From positions 108,314,001 to 108,378,000 of the forward strand of contig NC_043003.1 of NCBI RefSeq assembly GCF_006345805.1: a DNA stretch of 64,000 nt. The letters run 5' to 3'. Below, piece by piece: positions 48,967-64,000 of the stretch. Numbering within the stretch: position 1 is the stretch's first letter; every line of letters starts with the position of its first letter. A program made the position numbers and the translations under genes. The notes under the pieces are model-generated. The model saw only the letters and a list, made by a program, of their open reading frames with translations, had not been told where the DNA came from and did not search any database. Source of the stretch: Octopus sinensis. Its lineage: Eukaryota.

Positions 48967-51877
48967 TCACTCGCTCCCGCACCTGAAACTGGTTTCATAA
49001 TCAGCCAACCAGGAAGGAGGGTGCCGCTCCCTCTGTGGTCGCAGTGCGACCCTAGGACTTGTTCCTGGTGTGTTGCTGCCGGCCTCATCATCCTGTCTGT
49101 TGTTTTCGTCTTGCCCACTGCTGCTGGTCCCATCCTCTGGGGCATGGACAATCCTCCGTATGTCCAAAACGTGGCGTGGCATACCATCGACCGAGATGCT
49201 ATTTTTTGAATTTACAGAGGTTATTGTCCCCTTTCCCCATTGCGATGTACACCGTGCGTTTGGGGGTTTTACCCAGACTTCCTCCCCGACCTGCACGAAG
49301 GCGTGCTCTTCCTCTGCCCCGAGTCGCATTGATGTAGTACACGGATGCCTCCACTCGTACCTGAATATTGCCCTGTGTGGCACCGACTCCTCAGCCTGTC
49401 CTGATCTGGGCGACATATTGTACCAAAACACGGCCTCGACTGGTGAAATGTGACCCCTCTCTGCCATGGCCTTGATGGTACGATGATGCCTTTCCACCAC
49501 CCCGTTTCCACTTGGCCGGTATGCCGCCCTGAAGAAGCGGTTGACCTTCCACTCATCAAGCATTTCTCTCAGCACATCCGAGCGAAATGCAGTGCCGTTG
49601 TCCAGAAGCAGTTCATCCACGGGGCCTCGTTCCAGGAATATCTCATTCAACACTTTCACAATTTCTTCTGCGGTCCCCGACTTCATCTCCCTCCATATGG
49701 CCAACCGCCCCGGTCCGCAGTCAACCATTGAGAGGTATGTCCCCTGCCGGTAGTGTGTTATGTCCACCGCCAGTCGTTTCCAGTCCTGGTCCACTGGAAT
49801 ACTTCCCGCTTCATGCACGACCGGAGCAGGGTCGATGGACTGGCACCTGTCACAACTGATAACCACTCTCTGCACGCTCTGTCTTGTTACGTCGGAGTCA
49901 ACTTTTCTGGCTAGGAACAATGTCCTGTCCACACCCATGTGATGCATGGGTGCAGTCTCCGTACTCCGAGTCGCTCAGACGGCATACTGCAGCTACAGCC
50001 CGCTTCGCATCCTCTGGCACCTGCAACCAGGCTCGCTTTACCCTGGTCAGGACGTGTGCCCTGTTCTTCTCGGAAGGCACAAAGATCACGCTCAGCTTCA
50101 GATTGAACTCAGTGGTTAGTTCACGCAGTATTCCTAATCGACGCTTTACCAGCATCTCTACAGCCCCTTTGGTCCGCACCCTCCGCTCATCGGTGATGAC
50201 TGCTGTCGCCCAACCAAGTACAGTGGCCGAATCAGTCCTGATTTCTATGGTGTGCAACCCCCACTTCAAGGCTAGGTTCTCCCCCTTCAGCACGGCATCC
50301 AACTCCGCCACGTTGATATGATTGCAGTCATCCATCTTCCTGAGCCAGGCTGCATCTTCCACCGTGACACCTCCCACTTCCAAGACAACCCCTATTGCGA
50401 TGCTACTGGCGTCACACCATACGATCCCGCTCTTTGATTTGGGAACATACCAGCTGCCCCTCATTGGGTACTCTGCTCCTACTCTGACCAAGACTTCCTG
50501 CTTCATGTCGATCGTCCTCTCCCCCACTTTATCATTCCACTTCACTCCTTCGGCTCGTCTCTTGATGAGGCTACATGCTGTCCGGAGCCAACCTGCAATC
50601 GGGTAGTGTCCCACCAGCTTCCCACACACAGAGAACAGTTCCAGTCTACTCATGCTGGCGCCCAGTTCAGGGACCTCATTCCCTCGCCGGAACACCAAGG
50701 CGCCGGCCTTGTCTCTCCATAGCTTGAGGCCCAGTGCAGCACCTCCCTCCATAGCCTCTGGCGGCTTGGCGATCAGTCCAAAACTCTTCAGGTGGCCTAT
50801 GACCTCCGTTGCTGGTATCACGGTTTCATCCACCAGAATGTCATCGATGTATGAATTGGTGGCCCTTTTTACTCTGTCCACCTTCCCCAGGATGGCCTTG
50901 AGAATTGTTGGCATAATCTTCGGCGCTGAATTCAGCCCGAATCCCAACCTGGTCAGACAGTACGTCCGGCCCCTATACCTGACGAGCTGGTACTTCCATA
51001 ATTTCTCAGCCACATGCACCTGTAGGTATGCCGACTTCAAATCAATAATCGTGGAGGCCCCCATCGTCTGCCTCCACTCTCGCAAGGTTACTCCGCAGAC
51101 ATCCGTGGCCTCGCCGCCTGTATGACACGACACGTGGTCATTCAGCTCTCGGAAGTCAAGCATTGGCCTGACCTTATGCTTTGTGGGCTGTATCACCGCC
51201 ATCAGTGGCAGGACTCCGCTCTCTTCTTTTTCCCAAGGGATCAGTATGCCCTCCTTAATCCACCGCTCCACCTCCCCCTCGAACTCACTTCTGGCATCTC
51301 CTTTTAGAGTATGCTGATAGCAGCCCACTTTATTCTTTAACATCAGGGGCTCTCCCTTCCAGTGCCACTCCACTGTCCACCTCTTGCCATCAAAGACAGC
51401 CCGAAAATCCTGGTCTTCAATGGTGTGCGCCGCATCCTTTTCCTCACGGTTGTCGCCGGTGCATGGTCTCGCCCTACACGGTTTCCCCGCTATCCCAAAC
51501 GTTACGCCAGCCTCGTTGACGGTGACACCTCCCAAGCGGGTGATTGCATCCATCCCCATCACCACATCAATCTCGTCCACCAAGTGACCAACCACAATCG
51601 CTCGCAACGTCAGCTGTAGTCCCTGCACCACAATCTGCGCATCCGTAACCCCTACGCAGTGTACTTCTCTTCCGTCGACTGCCCTAACACTGCTTCCTCC
51701 ACTCCACGTCTCTGCCACTTCTGTAGTCATCAGGGTCGTTGTACAGCCCGTGTCCACCAGGGCTCGCGACATCTTCCCCTCCACCAGAATGTCGACCACA
51801 GGTAGCGATGATAAACGCGCCACTACTGATCCAAAGGGACAACTACCGGCGCAGTAGTCTCCCGCAGTCCGTTTCCC
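48967..51877 (-). CDS. pol: pol (protease, RT, RNase H, integrase); -1 frame relative to gag; frameshift at about 49950
   Basis: LVDTGC protease; LDFRELND, IIDLKSAYLQV, FGLNSAP and YIDD in RT; WCDASS...HINVAELDAV...TDS in RNase H; HH-CC plus LAVDITHY/LLDNG/VERHHR integrase DDE. Confidence 0.9.
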
Positions 51878-52580
51878 CGCAGACACTCGCTGGCTACATG
51901 CCCCAGCTCTCGACACCGGTAGCAAATCACCTCAGGCTTGGGCAACACGTAGTCACGCACCATGTGTGGACCTTGGCACCGGAAACACTGTCCTTTGAAC
52001 GGTCGCACACGTTCTTTCCTCAGCCCCTCTCCGCTGCTCCTAGCTGGGCCACTTTTCGACGTTGCAGTCGCTGCTACCGACGTCATCCTGCTGCACGAAA
52101 CTAGTACACGTGCCCGAGATATGATGTCGGCCATCGGCATCGAACGCACGTTCGGAGCTTCTGTAGCTCGACCGACATGATGTCGGGAAAGCCGGTCACG
52201 AACGCCAACCTAACCGTCCGTTCTAGCGACTCTCCCTCATAACCCGCCAATTTAGCCAGTCTTCTAAGCTCATTGGCAAACACGTCCACCTGTTGCCCAG
52301 TACATCTCATTCTACCCAGGCGAGCGTATGCCTCGAACATTCCTTCCGCAAAGGCCTCCATCAGTCGGATTTCTACTTTATCTGCGCTAAGTTGGTCCGT
52401 CTCCTCTATCTCTAAATATAACGCCAACGCCGGGCCATCCAAGTACAGCGGCATGAAGCTCGCCAGCTCACCTATACCATGGAGCTTCGCCACCAACTTC
52501 ACTCTCTTCAACCAAGCGACCACATCAGTGTCGCCGCAAAACGGTGTTATAGGTTCGCGCGAAACCCGAGCACTCTGCAT
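51823..52580 (-). CDS. gag: gag with two zinc knuckles; one 1-bp frameshift at about 52155
   Basis: DVVAWLKRVKLVAKL...PLYLDGPALALY; CFRCQGPHMVRD(Y) and CYRCRELGHVASEC. Confidence 0.85.
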
Positions 52581-52626
52581 AATTTTTTTATTTTTTTTTT
52601 ATTTTTATAAAACCGAGTGTTTATTT

Positions 52627-52638
52627 GCCGAAATAGCT
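52627..52638 (-). promoter_or_regulatory. Putative non-canonical primer-binding site complementary to tRNA-Phe nt 1-12
   Basis: + strand GCCGAAATAGCT abuts the 5' LTR with no gap; metazoan tRNA-Phe(GAA) begins GCCGAAAUAGCUCAG. Confidence 0.7.
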
Positions 52639-54405
52639 TGTGGTGTGAACGATGAAAAGAGTACAACAGAAAAAGGGAGAATGGAAATGTAATTGGGTCT
52701 TACCTCGTCGGAGATGAATTCGGATACCTCTTAGCCAACTCGATGCGTCTGGTGCCTTCGTCGTGTCTGCAGCAACTCGTCGATCCCACACGTGCGTTCT
52801 GCCTGTCACTTCCGCTTCCTCCCGCGCATGCGCCCTGCAAGTCCTGCTTCCGCCCTTCGAGCCCTACTTCCGCTCTCCCCTATCCGTCATACTCTCTCAC
52901 CAACACCACATCAACAATGTCTCAGAAGGAATTTGAGGATCAGTTGGAAAATGTTTGTGAGTGACGATGAAGAGGCTTGAAAGAGGGAAATGCTTCAGTG
53001 TTGCAGCTTTGCTATTGCAGTACAGATTGAGATGGAGTGGACACTTAGTCAGAATGACAGACACCCGAATGCCTAAACAACTTTTTTACGGAGAATTGGT
53101 GACAGATACGCGTCCATCACACAAACCAAAGATGAGGTACAAAGATTGTCTAGAATCGGGATTGAATTAGATAAACGTTCTAATTGATAACTGGGAAGAT
53201 TTAGGGCATTGCCGAGAAAAATGGAAAAAAGTTGTGTATGAAGGCAAAAATGAATTTGAAAGGAAGAGAATGGAGCATGCAAAGATCAAAAGAAAGATGA
53301 GAAGAAGTGACAGGAATGATGTTCTAACAAGCATTAATGAACCTGATGATCATACATGTGATGAACGTGGAAAGATTTGTCTTAGTAAGGCTGGGCTAAA
53401 GAGCCATACGAAATCACACTTTGCACAACCGCACATTGATTATAGATGGACAGACGATTTCGAATGCGTTCTCTCTCATAAAGTTTCATAAAGATCAAAA
53501 AGTGGCTTGAAAAGGCAGAGTAAAGTTGATGGAGCTGTAAACTATACAATCACCAAGTGTGTATGTGTGTATGTATGTACGTAATGCGGAAGTTGTGCGA
53601 GAAAGAAAGAGGAGATAGAAAAGCAGAAGATTTGAAGAAATGATAAAAGTGATGCTCCATTATGGCCTTGGCCGTAGTGGCTAAAATTAAATTCAAAACG
53701 TCTGGGTGGATACAGTAAGAAAGAGAAGAAAAGGGAATTAAAAAAATGCAGCAGAGAGAGAGAGAGAGAGTAAATGAGTGTGGCAGAGAGAGAGGTGTAC
53801 AGAGTGAAAAAGAAAGATAGTAAGAAAGTACTGAGAGGAAGAAAGATAGAAAGATAGAAGTAGGGGTTAGTCAGGCAGATGAATATGGAGGGGAAGAAAG
53901 GGAGAAAGCGTTGTAGAGGAATTCAACAAAAATTGCTACCAAGCAGTAGATTCTATTATCAGCGGAAGTTCATGTAAGCACGCTGCCTTCCTTTCCAATA
54001 ATAATCATCGCGTAGATATTCATTGAACCGTACAAGTCCTCGGCTAGAATAAGCAGTTCTTTAATCACAAGGAACACGAACAAATTGTGTTTAGCCTGTT
54101 GATCGATCAGCATGGATTGACTTTTGCCTGTATTCTGCCAATCAGAAATGAAATGAACCTTTTCTTATTTGATGTGATCTCAAGAATTTCGATAAAAAAA
54201 TATGATAAACAGAGAAATAAAAATTATCATGCTTAAGACATATTTTATAAATTCTAATCCAAAACATCCTAGAATGCATTATTAAGTTCCGAATTCTGTT
54301 TTAATTTTGGTTTTAGCTTTGAAATCCAAAGCTGTTTTCGATCGATTTAATGACTGGTTTACGTTTGTGACATAAACATAGCTACTTAATCCAAGACGAA
54401 CGATG

Positions 54406-54407
<2 letters not shown>

Positions 54408-54469
<62 letters not shown>

Positions 54470-54760
54470 CATCATCATCATCATCATCATTGCTACTACT
54501 ACTATTCCTTCGTAACACAGTGTAGGTAAAAATGCACCTGTGTCTTTAGTCATCTGTCAAGTCACAACAAGGACCTCAGACAGTTAATTATTTCCATAAG
54601 ACGTGCGCTGTGCCCGATAGGGCTGCTTTTTGCAAGACATCAGTCTTTCATGGGACTTCCAGTTGCCTTAAGAAGTTTTGAAGTTTCAATGAAATTGAGC
54701 CCAACGCTCCGATCACTATAGTAAACCCGTTTACTATATAGCCAAACTCTATATCAATGG
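54408..54760 (-). mobile_element. 3' fragment of a second R4/Dong-like RLE family with a (TAA)n tail (54408-54490)
   Basis: IVIGALGSISLKLQNFLRQLEVP*KTDVLQKAALSGTAHVL matches the RLE C-terminal IVIGALG...QKA-L-GTA pattern. Confidence 0.65.
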
Positions 54761-55488
54761 GGAATTTTTGTAATAGTGTTTGTAGATCTAAATTTATCTT
54801 CATATTTATTACGAAATTCTCCCTCCGATAGACAACAAATATAGAACACTTTTATTAGTTAAACAACATTTTATATCAATAGATTTAAATAAATAGAAGT
54901 GTTATTATGTATTAAAATTACAATTATCATCATATCTTTTTACACGTTTTATTACAGTTTATAGATTAAGTCAGACCCTGATACTTAATTATATACGTAT
55001 ATATTATTGTTGTATGTTATTATAATAGCGAAAGATTGTGTTAGACATACACGAGTATGGATTGATATTATTTGAGATATATAGATATGTATTTCAATAG
55101 TTGTAGATTCTACTTAATTATTTTGTCCGTTATGATTTTGTTGTTTCTTAATATTTGATGTAATTGATATGTAGGTGAATGGCTATCGCTTACGCTCATA
55201 ATACATAGACATTTGAATTAATATTTTTACAATCCAACAAGTCTTTCACAAGGAAATTCGTCTATCTACACACCATTACCCTGATATGACTTATATATAA
55301 GGGAATTGAATTGTTTATATATCAAAAATGTATATAAGTCGAAACAAATTGTTGGTTCTTTAGATAATTATTTATGTTATATTATATTCGTAGTATATTA
55401 TGTTATATTATAATACAAATAAATTATTGGATTGTCGAGTGTATCTGGCCGCAGCCTCAAGGCTGAAACATATAAACGAATAAAAGAA

Positions 55489-55547
<59 letters not shown>

Positions 55548-55718
55548 TTGTTTGTGTGTGTGTGTGTGGTTGTTTGTGTGTGTGTGTGTGTGTGTGTGTG
55601 GTTGTTTGTGTGTGTGTGTGTTTGTGTAAGTGCGCGCGTGTGTGTGTGCGTGCGCGTGTGTACGTGGGCACATATATATGTGTGTGTGCGTGTGTATGTA
55701 TATATATATGTATATATA

Positions 55719-56110
55719 GGCGCAGGAGTGGCTGTGTGGTAAGTAGCTTGCTTATCAACCACATATGACACTTTAGGCAAATGTCTTCTACTATAGCCTC
55801 GAGTCGACCAAAGACTTGGTAGTGGATTTGGTGGACGGAAACTGAAAGAAGCCCGTCGTATATATATATGATATATATGTATGTGCGTTTATATGTTTGT
55901 GTGTCTGTGCTTGTCCCCACAACATCGCTTGACAACATATAATAGTGCGCTTACGACTCCGTAACTTAGCGTTTCGGCAAAAGAGACCGGTAGAATAAGT
56001 ACTAGGTTTACAAAGAATCAGTCCTGGGTCGATTTGCTCGTCTAAAAGTGGTGCTCCCGCGTGGCCACAGTCAAATGACTGAAACAATTAAAATAATAAA
56101 AGTAAAATAA
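55719..56110 (+). mobile_element. Full-length family-B SINE
   Basis: GGCGCAGGAGTGGCTGTGTGGTAAG head, body, internal microsatellite, tail ...ATGACTGAAACAA. Confidence 0.88.
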
Positions 56111-56340
56111 CATTTATATATACTGTACATATATATGTGTATATATACATACATATATATATATACACATATACATATATATATGCTAGCCGAGGCACCC
56201 GGCGTTGTCCGGGAATGAAATTATTCCTGATGTATTAGAAAAAAAAATCAAAATACGTTGTATAGAAAGTTGTTATTCTAAATTCAATTTATTCTTCAAT
56301 TAGGAATCACGATGAAATCAATTCTGAATGAATAACTCAA

Positions 56341-56404
<64 letters not shown>

Positions 56405-56412
56405 TAATAATA

Positions 56413-57701
56413 GTCCCAGTTATAAGTTACAGCTACAATATCCTTAACTGGACACGAAATGAACTGTCCAAAATAGATAGGAAAACAAGAAAAATACTGA
56501 CAGGATCTAGGATGCATCACCCAAAATCTGACATAGAAAGACTATATATACAACGTATAGAAGGTGGTAGAGGCCTTATACAGCTGGAAAACTACTATAA
56601 AATAACCACTGCAAAAATACCTACTTCAGAAGGAAGGAAAACTGATCCAGATAGCAGCAAAACACGAGCAAAACAAAAAACTGTTCTCAGTATTTAAAGA
56701 AGCCGACAAATACAAACAAGAAATCATACCACCTAATAAACACAAAGAAGAAGAAGAAGATGATGAAGAAACAACAAAAGCTATAAAACAAATGAAATCC
56801 AAACTAAAAATAGAACAGCAACGAGCCATGATAAAACGATGGCAAGAAAAGCCCCTTCATGGTAAATACTGCACTAAACTAGACGCAAAAGAAATAGACA
56901 AAGAAAAATCCCAGCAATGGTTGAGAAGCTCAGGACTCAAAGCAGAAACAGAGGGATTTTTAATTGCAGCACAAGACCAAAGCCTCCCCACCAGAAATTA
57001 CCAAAAACATGTAATGAAAAGAAATATTACAAGTAACTGCAGAATATGTGGAGATGGACAAGAAACAATAAATCATATTATCTCTAGCTGCCCAGTCCTG
57101 GCTAAGAAGGAATATATTCACAGACATGACAGAGTTGGAACCTACATACATTGGAAGCTATGCCAACATTATGGAATAACAACAGAAAAAAGATGGTATA
57201 GGCACACACCAGAAAAGGTCACAGAAAACGAGAAAGCAACCATACTCTGGGATATGCCGATACACACAGATAGAGAAATTAAGGCCAACAGACCAGATAT
57301 AGTTGTCAGAGATCATGAAGAAAAAAAATGCTTTCTAATTGATGTATCAATACCGGCAGATTACAACGTGTCTCTAAAAGAAATGGAGAAACTCTCAAAA
57401 TACAAAGACCTGGAAATAGAGGTAACTAGAATGTGAAACCTGAAAACAGAAACAATTCCTATCATAGTAGGTGCATTAGGCATGATAAAAAAATATTCAG
57501 ACAAATACATAACAAAAACACCAGGACTTACAAACACATATAACATACAGAAAATTGCACTACTAGGCACTGCACACATCCTGCGCAGAACACTTTCCAT
57601 ACAATAACCATCAGAGCATCACAACAAATCACAGCACATACCCAAGGCACACAGAGCTGCGCTCGGTAGTGAAGTGGAAGCACGCTATAAAAATAAAACT
57701 A

Positions 57702-57704
<3 letters not shown>
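56413..57704 (+). mobile_element. R4/Dong-clade non-LTR retrotransposon, 5'-truncated copy A
   Basis: Flanked by (AAT)n on both sides; CRICG...HIISSC..LAKKEYIHRHD zinc knuckle; RLE motif NRPDIVV...LIDVSIP...KLSKYKDL. Confidence 0.9.
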
Positions 57705-61632
<3,928 letters not shown>

Positions 61633-61795
61633 AATAATAATAATAATAATAATAATGATAATAATGATAATGATAATAATAATGATAATGATAATAATGA
61701 TAATGTTAATAATAATGATAATGATAATAATGATAATAATAATGATAATGATAAAAATAATAATAATAATAATAATGATAATAATAATAATAATG

Positions 61796-61827
<32 letters not shown>

Positions 61828-61940
61828 TAATAATAATAATGATAATAATGATAATAATGATAATAATGATAATGATAATAATAATGATAATGATAATAAT
61901 GATAATGATAATAATAATGATAATGATAATAATGATAATA

Positions 61941-61971
<31 letters not shown>

Positions 61972-61973
61972 TG

Positions 61974-62038
<65 letters not shown>

Positions 62039-62099
62039 CAACGAAAATATAAAATCTACCACTTTTATGAGGGGAGATAAATTCTATCAGATATGCTGA

Positions 62100-62620
62100 A
62101 AGCGCAACTCTTTTGTAAAACTTATTCAGCCTATCTTTATCAACCTGCTTACATCTTTCCTCTGAGGATTGGCAAAGTCATGCAGCAACTGTTCGCTCCT
62201 GGCTTTTTTTCTTAGTCTCACCTCTCGCTGACCTATTGTCGCATTGGCAATTGTTGCAGCTTGTCCTTGTCTTGCATCCTTTAAGCAGTTTTCTCTTTGT
62301 TTTTTTTTTGTTTGTTTGTTTTTTGTAGTCTTGGATCCTGTGGATTGCATTTTGCTGACGTAATTGTTCAAACCCTTTTTACTGTTCTTGTGACTCATTG
62401 CTCTGCGTGCAGCAGCTTTCCTTCGGTCGTCTTCATGCTTTTGCTGTCGTTGTACAGGTGTCTCTAATAACCTTACTCTAGCTACCTGTACCTGTCTTTG
62501 CTTCACTGTCGAATACTGATCATCAACACCTCCACCCCGTCCCGGAAACTTTTTTGAAAATCAAAATGGGGATTAAATGAAAAAATGCGTGAAAGTTACG
62601 TGAATATCTTCACAAAAGTG
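62100..62620 (-). pseudogene. Probable Helitron RepHel N-terminal repeat region (R..ETPEQR..RL-type)
   Basis: RLLETPVQRQQKHEDDRRKAAARRA ... RENCLKDARQGQAATIANATIGQREVRL; no Rep or helicase motifs visible. Confidence 0.45.
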
Positions 62621-62652
62621 ATTAAAATAAATGGCGATTGTGGAACACCACG

Positions 62653-62736
<84 letters not shown>

Positions 62737-63245
62737 CATATAATATCAAACATCAGCGTCTCTTTCTCTCCCGCTTTCCCCCTCTCTATCTGCCGGCTTT
62801 CTTTCATCTTCACTTATAGAACATGCATTCAATATCAAACATCAGCCTCTCTCTCTCCCACTACCCCTCTCTTTTTCAACTTCTATAGAAACTTGTTTCT
62901 TTCTCTCTTCTCTCTGTCTTTTTCTCATTCTGTCTTTCTCTCTCTCACTCATATCCTCTCTCAACCTCTGTAATAGTTCCTCTTTTAGTCTATATCTGTT
63001 TCTTTCACTCTCTCTCTCTCTCTCTTTCTCTTCTTTTCTTACTCACACTATCTACATTTTCCCTATATCGAAAAACGTTGTGACGAATGAGATGGAGGAG
63101 AAGTAAAGAGCCACTTCCACACTTTGTTTTTCTGTTTCTTTCCCCCCCCCCTCCGTCATTGACATTATGCACAGACATACAGACACGCAGACATCTGCCA
63201 ATATATATATATATATGTATACATACATGTGTGTGTATGTATACA

Positions 63246-63296
<51 letters not shown>

Positions 63297-64000
63297 GCAT
63301 GTATATATATATAAACATACATATACTGTGTACACTTTGTTCTGTATGTGTGTGTTCGCCTGTGTATGCGCGCGCGTACAAAATGATTACATTGATACAA
63401 AACGTATTGAAACGGTGCTCGTATACTTTTCTACTCTTCCTTAACCGCATGAATATAGATCTTTGTTATAAAAACCATTCAAATTCTGGTTTTTCAATGA
63501 GATATTTGTCTTTGTACAAGTATACGTGTATGCATATCAGTGCCATGTTTCGAGTGAAATGCAATATATTTTAGTTCCAGGGGTCACTACGTGTGCAGCA
63601 TTTTTTTAATCTAACGAATCGATACTTTTGCTTGAACGCTGCATCGTTTTAGTTTTCTTCATATTATAGCTAAGGTAAAATAAAATTGTTATGAATGATA
63701 ATAGCTGTTTTTGTTAATAGCGACAGATATATAAGCTTTAATAACTGTGGGAAATGTCTATACAGTTCATTCCAAGCAACAGAAGTGCTTACATTTAACC
63801 ATCTACCTGCGAGATTAAATTTCAAGGTTTATCCAGAAGTGATATTATCAACCAAAAAAAAAAAAAAGAAGAATTAGCAATTTCTTCAAGGCACATTGCC
63901 TCAATAAACTTGACATATCTCAACGGAAAATAATTTTCAAACATGATTGTTCTCACCAAAAGATAGATTGATACATAAAATTTCCGCAGTTAAAGGTAAT

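Larger units (their letters stand above)
48659..52910 (-). mobile_element. Ty3/Gypsy-like LTR retrotransposon, near-intact, 4252 bp
   Basis: LTRs 48659-48930 and 52639-52910 (272 bp, TGTGGTGT...ACACCACA, 5 differences); TCAAC TSD; PPT AGGGGGGCA next to the 3' LTR; domain order gag-PR-RT-RH-IN. Confidence 0.95.
48301..53520 (+). mobile_element. 5'-truncated RTE-type (BovB-like) LINE remnant, 48301-48658 plus 52916-53520, split by the LTR element
   Basis: LGLTINLTKTVIM...LGSTL...FGKLEDRL; RFYQ|QCLRRNLRISW reads through the insertion point; LRWSGHLVRMTDTRMPKQLFYGEL; C-terminal C2H2-like KICLSKAGLKSHTKSH. Confidence 0.85.

Noticed and set aside
52620-52638. Canonical tRNA-Phe 3'-end PBS, or Tf1-style self-priming in cis
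   Set aside because: A 3'-end PBS would read TGGTGCCGAAAC on the element's sense strand, which is absent; I found no CCGAAATAGCT complement inside the LTR.

Overview
AT-rich, microsatellite-dense eukaryotic DNA with a 100-N gap at 35111-35210. The SINE, LINE and microsatellite complement looks like an octopus (coleoid cephalopod) genome; this is inferred from repeat style, not from a search. Nearly all long ORFs in the supplied track are microsatellite translations or transposon debris. Recognisable elements: a young 4.25-kb Ty3/Gypsy-like LTR retrotransposon (48659-52910, minus strand, 272-bp LTRs, TCAAC TSD) nested in an RTE-type LINE; three R4/Dong-type RLE retrotransposons beside (TAA)n; two diverged ORF1-only L1/Tx1-like elements; a Chapaev3-like DNA transposon; Tc1/mariner, HERO, CR1-like and Helitron remnants; Penelope-like tails with hammerhead motifs; three tRNA-derived SINE families; and several long hairpins. 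A chain of phase-compatible short exons on the + strand (9153-43839) suggests the window lies largely in the introns of an unidentified gene. Top lead: the LTR element has no canonical TGG primer-binding site. The 12 nt abutting its 5' LTR are instead the exact complement of nucleotides 1-12 of tRNA-Phe(GAA), and a candidate 67-nt intron ends inside that site. This points to priming by a 5' tRNA fragment, possibly controlled by splicing.
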